From contig OZ245838.1 in assembly GCA_965228735.1 (NCBI GenBank), positions 4,576,001-4,640,000 on the forward strand: a stretch of 64,000 bases of DNA. The letters run 5' to 3'. Below are positions 1 to 8,836 of the stretch, piece after piece. A program made the position numbers and the translations under genes. Source of the stretch: Planctomycetota bacterium. GTDB lineage: Bacteria > Planctomycetota > UBA1135 > UBA2386. The notes under the pieces are model-generated. The model did not search any database, had not been told where the DNA came from, and saw nothing but the letters and a program-made list of their open reading frames with translations. Numbering within the stretch: position 1 is the first letter of the stretch; every line of letters begins with the position of its first letter.

Positions 1-2
1 GC

Positions 3-1436
3 ACGAGCGGCGGCGGCAAGTCGTCGCTGCTCAGGTTGCTCGCCGGGCTGATCGAAGCCCGCGAACCGCCGCCGCGGCTCGCGGGTGACCTCGACGTGCA
101 CGGGGTGTCGATGCGCGGCGAGTATCCCGACGCGCTCCGTCGCACGACGGCGGCGATCCTGCAGGACGAAGGTCTGCTCGACGAGCTCTCACCGCGACAG
201 AACGTCGAACTCGCGCTGCGCGCCGCCGGCCGTTCGACCCGCCTGGCACCGGCGCTGCTCGCCCAGGCCGGGATCGAACATCCACCGGCGCGGGTCGCGA
301 TGCTGTCCGGCGGCATGCGCAAACGCGTTGCGGTCGCGCGCGCGATGGCGTCGGCGCCGCGGCTGTTGCTCTGCGACGAGCCGACGGCCGGTCTCGATCC
401 CGAGTCGGCGCGTGCGATCGCGCAGGTGTTGCGCGACGCGCACGACGGCAGTCCGGATCGCACGACGATCATCGTGACCCACGACCTCGGCGCGTTCGAC
501 GGTCTCGTCGACGGCGTGATCGTGCTCGATGGGCCGACCAGGACGCTGCGCCTCGAAGCAGGTAGCTATCGACCAGCGAACGCCGAACCGTCCGGGCCCG
601 AGCCGGGCGCCGCGCGGGATGGGGCCGCGCGGGATGGGGTCACGCGGGCTGGGGTTCCGGCAACCGCAGCGACTCACGGCGGTGCGGCGTCGCGCTCGAT
701 CCAACGCACGCTGCTGCGCATCACGGCCGTGCTCGAGACCGCACTCGAGGCCCTGCGACGCCTGCCGCCCGTCGAACTGCGCGAGACGGCGCGCACCGTG
801 CTGCGCTTCGTGCTCGATCCGGCGCTGTTCGTCGCCCTGAGCGGTGCGGTGCTCGGCGGCCTCGCGACGTTCTTCGCGCTGCGCAACAACCCGGTCGAGG
901 GCGCGTTCGAGGCGGCGTTGCTCACGGGCACGGGCAAGGTCGCGACCGCGGTGCTCGTGCCGCTGTTCGCCGGGTTCTTCTTCACCGCGCGGGTCGTCGC
1001 CGGGGCGGCGGCGCGGATCGGCACGATGAAGCGCACCAACCAGATCGCCGCGCTCACGATGATGGGTGTGCGACCGGCCGACTACCTGCTGACGCCGCTG
1101 GTCTGGGGGATGACCCTGGCGATGACCGTGGTCACGTTCGTCGGGGTCATCGCGGCGGCCGTCGCAGCCGCGTTCGCGAGCTGGCTCGTCGGCGGGTTCT
1201 CGGCCACGAGCTGGGCCGCGGCGTGGTTCGATGCGGTGACGGCGATTGACCTGATCCGCGTCATGGCCAAGACGGCGCTGTCGGGTTTCGCGACGGCCCT
1301 GTGCTGTTATCACCTTGCCATCGGTCCCAAGCGTTCGGGCGCGGAGGTCGGCGAGGCCGTCAACACGGCGATCGTGGCCGGCATGGGCGTGGTGTTGACC
1401 GTGCACGCGCTGCTGACGTTCTGGGCCTATTCCTGA
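3..1436 (+). CDS. Fused ABC ATPase (MlaF/Ttg2A-like) and MlaE-family permease, 5'-truncated
   Basis: Frame is open from the window start with Walker A TSGGGKS, signature LSGGM, Walker B LLLCDE and H-loop VTHD. The C-terminal hydrophobic half has MlaE-like ARIGTMKRTNQIAALTMMGV and EVGEAVNTAIV. Confidence 0.8.
   Translation, partial: TSGGGKSSLLRLLAGLIEAREPPPRLAGDLDVHGVSMRGEYPDALRRTTAAILQDEGLLDELSPRQNVELALRAAGRSTRLAPALLAQAGIEHPPARVAMLSGGMRKRVAVARAMASAPRLLLCDEPTAGLDPESARAIAQVLRDAHDGSPDRTTIIVTHDLGAFDGLVDGVIVLDGPTRTLRLEAGSYRPANAEPSGPEPGAARDGAARDGVTRAGVPATAATHGGAASRSIQRTLLRITAVLETALEALRRLPPVELRETARTVLRFVLDPALFVALSGAVLGGLATFFALRNNPVEGAFEAALLTGTGKVATAVLVPLFAGFFFTARVVAGAAARIGTMKRTNQIAALTMMGVRPADYLLTPLVWGMTLAMTVVTFVGVIAAAVAAAFASWLVGGFSATSWAAAWFDAVTAIDLIRVMAKTALSGFATALCCYHLAIGPKRSGAEVGEAVNTAIVAGMGVVLTVHALLTFWAYS
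606..650 (+). repeat. Three imperfect 15-bp in-frame tandem repeats (GAARD-GAARD-GVTRA) in the ATPase-permease linker
   Basis: ggcgccgcgcgggat / ggggccgcgcgggat / ggggtcacgcgggct. Confidence 0.7.
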
Positions 1437-1508
1437 GCCGATTCCGAGGTCGGGGCGTTGTCGCCGCGCGCCCTCAAGTGGCGCGCGCCGGACGTCGATG
1501 ATCCCGAT

Positions 1509-2102
1509 GTGAAGGGCATCGAGAAGCTGACATCGGTCCGGCTCGCCGAGATCCTGACGGAACGCGCGATCGTTCCCGGGGAGGCGATCTCGGATGCGCT
1601 CTATGCGCAAGAACGCCACGGCGAACCGTTCGCCGAGGTCCTGATCAACGGCGGTCACATCACCGAGTGGGACCTGTCGAAGATCGTCGCCGAGTCGTTC
1701 AACCTGCCGTTCCTGATGGCCGGCAACTACCAGATCGAGGATGCCGCGAAAGAGCGCCTGCCGCAGGAAGTGCTGTTCCAGCACATGCTCGTGCCGCTCG
1801 ACGTCTTCGACGACATCATCGTCGTGTCCATGCCCGTGATCATGCCGTTCGAGCAGATCATGAAGGTGCAGAAGGCGCACTCGTGCGAGATCTTCCCCTA
1901 CGTCGGGCTGATCTCCGAGAACAAGCGCATCCTCGGCGACATGCACGACGACTACGGCAAGTGGCTCGACGAGGAGACGCAGCGGCGCGCCACTGCGGCG
2001 AAGCAACGTGAGTCCAACCCCGGCAAGGGCGGCGCCGAGAGCGACTGGATGAGCATCTTCGACGCCGGCGACCAGGCCATCAAGGCGACGAAGGACGACT
2101 GA
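1509..2102 (+). CDS. Stand-alone GspE/PilB N-terminal (MshEN/T2SSE_N-like) domain protein
   Basis: RLAEILTERAIV..AISDALYAQ, FAEVLINGGHITEWDL and LPQEVLFQHMLVPL; no ATPase domain. The GTG start is inferred. Confidence 0.65.
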   Translation: MKGIEKLTSVRLAEILTERAIVPGEAISDALYAQERHGEPFAEVLINGGHITEWDLSKIVAESFNLPFLMAGNYQIEDAAKERLPQEVLFQHMLVPLDVFDDIIVVSMPVIMPFEQIMKVQKAHSCEIFPYVGLISENKRILGDMHDDYGKWLDEETQRRATAAKQRESNPGKGGAESDWMSIFDAGDQAIKATKDD

Positions 2103-2105
2103 GCT

Positions 2106-2603
2106 TCAGCGCCGCGGCTGGCTGCCCGGCGGCGAACTACCCGGCGACGCGCTGTCGTTCTGGCCGTCGGCCGGCTCGCTGCCGTTGTCGGCGTGACCGT
2201 TCACGTCGGACGCCCCGTTGCGGCCGGCTTCGCCGTTGGTGCTCCCGTCGCCAGACTCGGCCTCGGGCGGCCCATTCTCCGCGGGCAGGGACGATGACAA
2301 CGCCTCGTTCGTGAGGCCCCGCAGCTCCGACGTCACGGCGGCGCCGGGGTTCTTGATCGTCTGCCGCAGCTTGGTCGTGCGCTTGATCTCGTCCTTCGTC
2401 GACTGCAGCGTCCGCTTCATCTCGCTGAGGTCGGCGTCGCGGTTCATCTGGTCCTTGAACTCGTTGAACCCGCGCCGGAGCTGCGATGTGACCTTCCCCA
2501 GCGTCCGGCCGGCCTCGGGCAGATTGCGCCCGTAGAGCAGCAGGCCGATCACCAGGAGGACGAACATCTCCTGGAAGCCGAGGGAGGGGAGGATCGCGAG
2601 CAC
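2106..2603 (-). CDS. Twin-arginine translocase TatA/TatB-family subunit
   Basis: LGFQEMFVLLVIGLLLYGRNLPEAGRTLGK..LRRGFNEFK (TM, hinge, amphipathic helix) and a disordered tail. Confidence 0.85.
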   Translation of the reverse strand: MLAILPSLGFQEMFVLLVIGLLLYGRNLPEAGRTLGKVTSQLRRGFNEFKDQMNRDADLSEMKRTLQSTKDEIKRTTKLRQTIKNPGAAVTSELRGLTNEALSSSLPAENGPPEAESGDGSTNGEAGRNGASDVNGHADNGSEPADGQNDSASPGSSPPGSQPRR

Positions 2604-2660
2604 GCGGGCAGCATAGCGCGCTGGAACTCGGTTTGGCGGGTCTCTAACGTGTTTGCCCCG

Positions 2661-4253
2661 ATGAGTGACAAGCCCATTTTCGCGCTGGAACGGCTCACCA
2701 AGAGCTATCAGGGCAAGAAGCCCGTTCTGAACGACATCAGCCTCGTGTTCCTCGAGAACGCCAAGATCGGCGTGATCGGCCAGAACGGCGCCGGCAAGTC
2801 CACGCTGCTGCGCATCATGGCGGGCGTGGACAAGGAGTACGAGGGCACGGCCCGGCTCGCGGACGGCAAGACCGTCGGCTACGTGCCGCAGGAGCCGAAG
2901 CTCATCGAGGACCTGTCGGTGCGCGACAACGTCGAGAAAGCCGTCGAGCCGATCCGCAACCTCCTGAAGCAGCACGAGGAGGTCAGCATGAAGCTCGGCG
3001 AGGACCTCGACGACAAGGCGATGGCCAGGGTCATGGAGGAGTTCGAACGCCTGCAGCACGAGATCGACAGCAAAGACGCGTGGGAGATCGACCGCCACGT
3101 CGAGACCGCGATGACCAAGCTGCACCTGCCGGCCGGCGACAAGATGGTCAGCGAGTGTTCGGGTGGTGAGCGCCGTCGTGTGGCGCTGTGCCGCACGCTG
3201 CTCGAGCATCCCGACCTGCTGCTGCTCGACGAACCGACCAACCACCTCGACGTCGAGACGGTGAGCTGGCTCGAGGACACGCTCGCGGAATACAAGGGCA
3301 CCGTCGTGGTCATCACCCACGATCGCTTCTTCCTCGACAACGTCGTCGGTTGGATGCTCGAGATCTGGCACGGCCGCGCGGTCCCGTACCAGGGCAACTA
3401 CTCCGAGTACCTGATCCAGCGCAGCAAGCGCATGCAGCAACAGGAACAGCAGGAGCAGAAGCGCGGCAAGTTCCTGGAGCGTGAGCTCGAGTGGATCCGC
3501 ATGAACCCGAAGGCGCGGTCCACGAAGAACAAGTCACGTCTGAAGAACTACGACAAGATGATGGAGCAGGAGGTCGAGGAGAAGGACGACACGGTCGAGC
3601 TCCACATCCCGGCCGGCAAGCGCCTCGGCGACACCGTCATTCGCTTCGAGAAGGTCGACTTCTCCTACGACGGCGAGCGCAACGTGCTCGAGAACTTCTC
3701 GTTCGACATGCAGCCGGGCGACATCCTCGGCATCGTCGGCCCCAACGGCACGGGCAAGACCACGTGCCTCAAGCTCATCACGGGCCGGATCGAGCCGACC
3801 GCCGGCAAGGTGACGATCGGCAAGACCGTCGATCTCTGCCACGTCGATCAGGAACGCGAGACGCTCGACCCCGAGAAGTCGGTCTGGGAGGAGATCTCCG
3901 AGGGTCAGGACATCATCCGCCTCGGGAAGCACGAGCTGAACAGCCGCAGCTACGTCGCCAAGTTCAACTTCACGGGCAGCGACCAGCAGCAGAAGGTCGG
4001 CTCCCTGTCGGGTGGTCAGCGCAACCGCGTCCAGCTCGCCAAGATGCTCCGCCGCGGCGGCAACGTGATCCTGCTCGACGAACCGACCAACGACCTCGAC
4101 CTCGACACGCTGCGCGTCCTCGAAGAAGGCATCCAAGAGTTCCCGGGCTGCATGGTGATCGTCTCCCACGATCGCTACTTCCTCGACCGCGTCTGCACCA
4201 AGATCCTCGACCTCGGCAACTACGAGCCGGGCAAGTACCTGGACAGTCTGTAG
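2661..4253 (+). CDS. ettA: ABC-F energy-dependent translational throttle protein EttA
   Basis: Tandem ABC domains (GQNGAGKS, GPNGTGKT), linker LERELEWIRMNPKARSTKNKSRL, no TM segments. Confidence 0.9.
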   Translation: MSDKPIFALERLTKSYQGKKPVLNDISLVFLENAKIGVIGQNGAGKSTLLRIMAGVDKEYEGTARLADGKTVGYVPQEPKLIEDLSVRDNVEKAVEPIRNLLKQHEEVSMKLGEDLDDKAMARVMEEFERLQHEIDSKDAWEIDRHVETAMTKLHLPAGDKMVSECSGGERRRVALCRTLLEHPDLLLLDEPTNHLDVETVSWLEDTLAEYKGTVVVITHDRFFLDNVVGWMLEIWHGRAVPYQGNYSEYLIQRSKRMQQQEQQEQKRGKFLERELEWIRMNPKARSTKNKSRLKNYDKMMEQEVEEKDDTVELHIPAGKRLGDTVIRFEKVDFSYDGERNVLENFSFDMQPGDILGIVGPNGTGKTTCLKLITGRIEPTAGKVTIGKTVDLCHVDQERETLDPEKSVWEEISEGQDIIRLGKHELNSRSYVAKFNFTGSDQQQKVGSLSGGQRNRVQLAKMLRRGGNVILLDEPTNDLDLDTLRVLEEGIQEFPGCMVIVSHDRYFLDRVCTKILDLGNYEPGKYLDSL

Positions 4254-4275
4254 CTCGTGGCGGCTCGCGGACGCG

Positions 4276-4902
4276 TCAGCGCTTGAAGCCGACGAAGAAG
4301 CCCGTCGCGACGAGCGCGGCTGCGGGCAGGCTGCCGGTCACGAACGACTGGAAGCTCTGCCACTCGCTCTCGATCGCCGTCATGAAGTGCGTCCACAGGT
4401 CGTCGATGCCCTGCCAGTTGACGACCAGCAGATCGTAGTAGGCCAGCACGAGAGTGGCCGCGAGCCAGAAGCCGAACGCGATCGCCGCGAAGCGGATCGT
4501 CGTGCGCAGGAAGCTGCCGAGCGCGAAGCCGACGACGAAGCTGAAGCCGAGGCGGAAGATGCCCTTGGCGGTCGGCTCCTCCGCGGGCGCCGGGGTGCCG
4601 GTGCCGCCGGTGCCGCCGCCGCCTTCCGGCATCAGACCCGACTGCAGTGCGCTGCCGGCGCCGCTCGTGCCGCCCGGGGTCGCGGACGACGCGGGGGCCG
4701 TCGCGCCGCCCGGGTCGACCAGCATGAGCACGCCGCCGGTCACGATCACGGCGCCCGCCGCGAGCAGCGAGATCTTCTTCCAGCGCGGCAGATCCGTGAC
4801 CCACTGCTTGGGGTTCAGGCTCGGCCCGTCGGTGCCGGCCGTCGCCTTCGCGCCTCTGGTCGATTCGCTGGCGGGCTGCTCGTAGTCGGAATCGTCGGTC
4901 AT
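4276..4902 (-). CDS. FUN14-domain membrane protein
   Basis: LGFSFVVGFALGSFLR...LAYYDLLVVNW...SLPAAALVATGFFVGFKR. Confidence 0.75.
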   Translation of the reverse strand: MTDDSDYEQPASESTRGAKATAGTDGPSLNPKQWVTDLPRWKKISLLAAGAVIVTGGVLMLVDPGGATAPASSATPGGTSGAGSALQSGLMPEGGGGTGGTGTPAPAEEPTAKGIFRLGFSFVVGFALGSFLRTTIRFAAIAFGFWLAATLVLAYYDLLVVNWQGIDDLWTHFMTAIESEWQSFQSFVTGSLPAAALVATGFFVGFKR

Positions 4903-5036
4903 CGTGCGCTGTTCTAACCAGAAACCGCCCTGCTGGGCCAGCGGGCGCATCCGGTGGGGCCGCATAACGGGTTTGTGCTTGAGCGACAGCGCCGGCCCGG
5001 GTTTCGTGTTCGGCCCGATTCCCACAGGAGACGACC

Positions 5037-6071
5037 ATGCAATTCACTCGCACGATCGTTGCCGGACTCGCGACTGCTGCCCTCGCCATGGCACAGGACC
5101 GCGTGACCCTGAGCAACGGAGATGTCCTCACCGGCCGCGTCAAGACCATGGCCGACGGCTATGTCACGATCGCTTCCCCCGTCCTCGGCGACGTGAAGGT
5201 GAAGCTGATCGAGATCGACAACATGGTGACCGAAGCCGAGATCGAGCTTCGCACCGTCAATGGCGAAACGTTCAAACGCCGCGTCGCCGGCATCGAGAAC
5301 GACAACTTCCGCCTCGAGGGCGACATTCCGGCGCTCGCCGTGAAGAGCGTCGAAGCGATCAACCCGCCGCCGAAGGCGCCGCCGCAGTGGACCGGCTCGG
5401 TGTCGCTCAACGGCCTGTGGATCGACGGCAACACGCGCCGGCGCACGGTGGGCCTCGTCGGTGAGGCGCAGCGCGAGAGCGAGATCGATCGCTTCCTGCT
5501 CGACGTCTACTGGGACTATGCCGAGGACAACCCGCAGGCGCCGACCAACAACGGCGTGCCGCAGGCCGAATGGGACCTGCAGCAGCGGCGCGTCGGTGGT
5601 GGTCTCAAGTACGACTACTTCCTCGGCGATCGCTGGTATGCGCTCGCGACGACCCGCGTGCTCGGTGACACGTTCGCCGACATCGAGTTGCGTTACACCG
5701 CCGGCCTCGGTGTCGGCTACACGGTGGTCGACACCAAGACGACATCGCTGACGACGGAAGCCGGCCTGTCGTACTTCAACGAGAGCTACCGCTCGGCGAC
5801 TCCGACGCAGGACTACCTCGCGGCGCGCATCGCGTACCGGCTGCGGCGCCAGGTCAGCGATCGCACGGCGTTCAAGCACAGCGTCGAGGCGTTCCCGTCC
5901 CTCGAGGACTCGGACGACATTTACCTCCAGCTGCGCGCCGAACTGATCAACAACCTGACCGACAACATGATCGCGACGCTGTCATGGGTCATGGACTACG
6001 ACAACACGCCGTCGCCGGGCTTCAAGCGCGCCGACCATCGCGTGATGCTGTCGGTCGGCTGGGCCTTCTGA
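5037..6071 (+). CDS. DUF481/YdiY-family outer-membrane beta-barrel
   Basis: Signal peptide, DRVTLSNGDVLTG N-domain, alternating beta strands, C-terminal VGWAF; RBS AGGAG. Confidence 0.8.
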   Translation: MQFTRTIVAGLATAALAMAQDRVTLSNGDVLTGRVKTMADGYVTIASPVLGDVKVKLIEIDNMVTEAEIELRTVNGETFKRRVAGIENDNFRLEGDIPALAVKSVEAINPPPKAPPQWTGSVSLNGLWIDGNTRRRTVGLVGEAQRESEIDRFLLDVYWDYAEDNPQAPTNNGVPQAEWDLQQRRVGGGLKYDYFLGDRWYALATTRVLGDTFADIELRYTAGLGVGYTVVDTKTTSLTTEAGLSYFNESYRSATPTQDYLAARIAYRLRRQVSDRTAFKHSVEAFPSLEDSDDIYLQLRAELINNLTDNMIATLSWVMDYDNTPSPGFKRADHRVMLSVGWAF

Positions 6072-6263
6072 GCGCGGTTGCTCGCGGAGCGAGCAAACGC
6101 GCTCAGGACCTCGCCGCGCTCCTTCGGAGCGCCGCTCCGGTTCTGAGCACGGCTCGTTGGTCGCGGAGCGGGTGAATTCGCTCAGGACCTCGCCGTGCTC
6201 CTTCGGAGCGGCGCTTCGGTTCTGAGCGTCGCTTTGGTCTGAGCGCGGCTTCGGTTGTGAGCT
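6066..6263. repeat. REP/BIME-like palindromic tandem repeat between convergent genes
   Basis: Two ~48-bp copies (6101-6148, 6180-6227) gctcaggacc...ggttctgagc with internal hairpin gctcc-ttc-ggagc, period 79 bp, followed by decaying gcttcggttctgagc sub-repeats. Confidence 0.75.
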
Positions 6264-6325
6264 GGGCCTCCTGGCCGGCTATTCGGAGCTGATCTCTCAG
6301 CTCTGGGTCCCCGATCCTGAGGGTC

Positions 6326-8836
6326 TCAGTATTGGGTCGCGAAGTTCGCGTCGTGCAGATGCGAACCGCCGAACCGCTGGTTGCGTGACCGGGCGAAGCC
6401 CGGCAGGGTCGGCACGAACTCGAACCGGACCGTCGTCTGGTCCTGGAACGGGTCGTAGTTGGCCGTGAGCGCGATCGACCAGTCGAGGTCGTTGCGCCGG
6501 ATGCCGAACGAATAGGTCAGCCAGTCGTCGCGGTCGAGGTCGTAGAGACTGCCCGCGACGAGATCCCAGCGGTCGAACGCGCGGGTCATGGCCGACAGAC
6601 CGACCGCGCCGTCGACCATCGCGTCGGTGCGGTACTCGAGTGTCCACGTGAGCCCCGCGATGCGACCGAACTGCAGTTCGGTGTCGAGCGTGCGACGCCC
6701 GTCGTCCCAGTCGTGATCGCCGTAGAGCGCGAGCGTCAGGGTGTCGAGCGGCGTCCACCCCGGGTCCGGCCGGTAGATGAGGTCGTAGTAAAACAGGCCC
6801 AGCTCGTCGCCGCCGTTGTCGCGCGACGCATCGGGCCAGAAGTCCTGCGCGAGGTCGAGCAGCAGGAAGTCCCGGCTCGCGGTCGTGCCGTCCGGTTGGT
6901 TCTTCTGCAGCAGGTTGCGCAGCTCGAAGCGGACGAGCGTCTGCTCTGCGAGCGCGTCCGTGCCGTCGAACTGGAACAGCTCCGAGGCGTTGTCGTCGAC
7001 GTGAAAGCGATCGATGAGGAACACGCGCGGCGCGATGACGTGGCGGATCGACGTTGGCCCGTCGCTGCCGACCCACGAAAAATCGCGCGACAACCGGGTG
7101 CCGGCCTCGATGCCGGCCGTGAGCGCGACCCGCGACTCGTTGTCGCCGGCGATCGTGTTGTCGTAGAACGTGCCGCGCGTGGCGACGAACGGCCGCACGT
7201 TGATCGGTCCGAGCGCGAAGGGCGCCGAGATCTCGATGTCCTGATCCGCGCGGAACGTCCGGTCGCTGACGCGCGAGCCGAAGCGGTCGTCGAAGTTGCT
7301 GCGGCGCTGGCCGAGCTCGGTCGCGGCGTCGAGGATGATCGGCGTCTCCCACGGCGTCTCGCCGATCGGCTGCGCGAGCCAGTTCCAGGTGACGACGGGC
7401 AGCTCCTCGACGAACCGCGGCGCGAGCCCGCGGTCGCTGCGGTACGAGAAGTCGTCGAGCGTCGACCGCGTCCCGAAGGTGATGATGTGGTTGTCGGTCT
7501 GGTGATAGAGGAACGCGCTCGTCTCGGGGCGTTCGTTCTCGCGGTAGTCGACGGCGAAGAACTCGGACAGCACCGCCGCGTCGGTCGCCGAGAACGCCTG
7601 CAGATCGAGGTGCGTGGACTCACCGATCTGGAAGCGGTTCTCGCTGCGGATCAGCCCGCGGCTCTCCGTCGCGATGAGGCTGCCGTCGATGTTGCGCTGG
7701 ATCTCGCGGATGTTGGGGCCGCGATCGTCCATGTAGTAGGCCTCGGTGCGACCGCTGTAGAGCCCGGGCACCGAGTACATCAGACGCGGGTTGACCGGCG
7801 TGCCGCGCGTCTCCCAGTAGCCGAGTCCGAGTTCCCAGTCGCCGCGGAACTCGCTCGCCGGCCGCCCGGTCAGGAACTCGTGGATCGCGCCGCCCGTCGT
7901 GTTCCACGGCAGCCCGAGCACGACCTCGGCGCGCACGCCCTCGCGCCGCGAGTAGGTCCCGCTCATGCGCTTGATCGGGAACTGGCTCTGGCTGCCGGTG
8001 AAGAAGTGCGCGTCGGGCAGTGGCAGCACGTTCACGCTGCTGAGCTGCAGCGCGAGGTCGCGGCCGAAGATTTCGAGCTCGGTCGCGCGTTCGATGATCT
8101 CGGCCTCGCCGATCGCAAAGGCGACCTGCGGCTCTGCCGCCGGGCACGTCGTGACCGTCAGATCGCGCCCCGTCCAGCGAATGCCGGACTTCTGCAGGCG
8201 CGGGCCACGGATCGTGACCGTCATCGCTTCACCGCCGGACTCGCCGGCGTAGCGGAGCTCGACCTCCTCGGCGACGACGCGGTCTTCGAGCGGCGCCATC
8301 CAGAGCCGGCTGCAGCGGACGACTTCGAGGCCGCCCCGAAGCACCGTGATGCCGCCTTCGAAATAGAGGAAGCGCAGGACGTCGAGGGCACCCGCGATGT
8401 TGCCGGAGGTCTGGATCGGGGTGTCCTGGCCGAAGGTCCGCATCGTCCGTTCGATCCGGGCGACCATCTGGTCGCTGCCGAGCTTGCGCCGCGGCTCGGG
8501 TGGCGCGACCCCGCGTCGCGGCAGCCCACCGGACCGCCGGTTCATGAACTCGCGGGCGTCGATGTCGGTCAGAAGGACGGCGGTGCGGCCGCGAACCTCG
8601 AGGCCGAGGTGCGGCACCCGAAAGACGAAGCCGCCCGTGGCGCGCCACTCTTCGTGATCACCCGTCGTGGTCTTGTCGAAGCCCGCGTAGGTCAGGTCGT
8701 AGGAGAACCGCTGTCGCGCCGGCGCGGCCTGCTGGTCGGTCGCCTCGTCCTCGGTGCGAGCGACGTCTTGTGCCGGCACGGTGCCCGCGACGCCCGCGAT
8801 CGCCCACGCCATCACCAACGCGCGGGCTGCCGTCAC
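6326..8836 (-). CDS. lptD: LPS-assembly outer-membrane protein LptD-like
   Basis: Signal peptide, TTCPAAEP..VLPLP motif, RHVIAPRV, long beta-barrel; GTGA overlap with the upstream gene in the kds operon. Confidence 0.7.
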   Translation of the reverse strand: MTAARALVMAWAIAGVAGTVPAQDVARTEDEATDQQAAPARQRFSYDLTYAGFDKTTTGDHEEWRATGGFVFRVPHLGLEVRGRTAVLLTDIDAREFMNRRSGGLPRRGVAPPEPRRKLGSDQMVARIERTMRTFGQDTPIQTSGNIAGALDVLRFLYFEGGITVLRGGLEVVRCSRLWMAPLEDRVVAEEVELRYAGESGGEAMTVTIRGPRLQKSGIRWTGRDLTVTTCPAAEPQVAFAIGEAEIIERATELEIFGRDLALQLSSVNVLPLPDAHFFTGSQSQFPIKRMSGTYSRREGVRAEVVLGLPWNTTGGAIHEFLTGRPASEFRGDWELGLGYWETRGTPVNPRLMYSVPGLYSGRTEAYYMDDRGPNIREIQRNIDGSLIATESRGLIRSENRFQIGESTHLDLQAFSATDAAVLSEFFAVDYRENERPETSAFLYHQTDNHIITFGTRSTLDDFSYRSDRGLAPRFVEELPVVTWNWLAQPIGETPWETPIILDAATELGQRRSNFDDRFGSRVSDRTFRADQDIEISAPFALGPINVRPFVATRGTFYDNTIAGDNESRVALTAGIEAGTRLSRDFSWVGSDGPTSIRHVIAPRVFLIDRFHVDDNASELFQFDGTDALAEQTLVRFELRNLLQKNQPDGTTASRDFLLLDLAQDFWPDASRDNGGDELGLFYYDLIYRPDPGWTPLDTLTLALYGDHDWDDGRRTLDTELQFGRIAGLTWTLEYRTDAMVDGAVGLSAMTRAFDRWDLVAGSLYDLDRDDWLTYSFGIRRNDLDWSIALTANYDPFQDQTTVRFEFVPTLPGFARSRNQRFGGSHLHDANFATQY

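Noticed and set aside
2604..3440. N-terminal extension of the Tat ORF, and similar extensions of lptD, scpA, GT2 and the sulfotransferase
   Set aside because: They overlap neighbouring real genes; homology starts at later start codons.
6101..6227. Mini CRISPR array (48-bp repeats, 31-bp spacer)
   Set aside because: Only two repeats, the spacer resembles the sequence preceding the first copy, and there are no cas genes; it is a tandem duplication.
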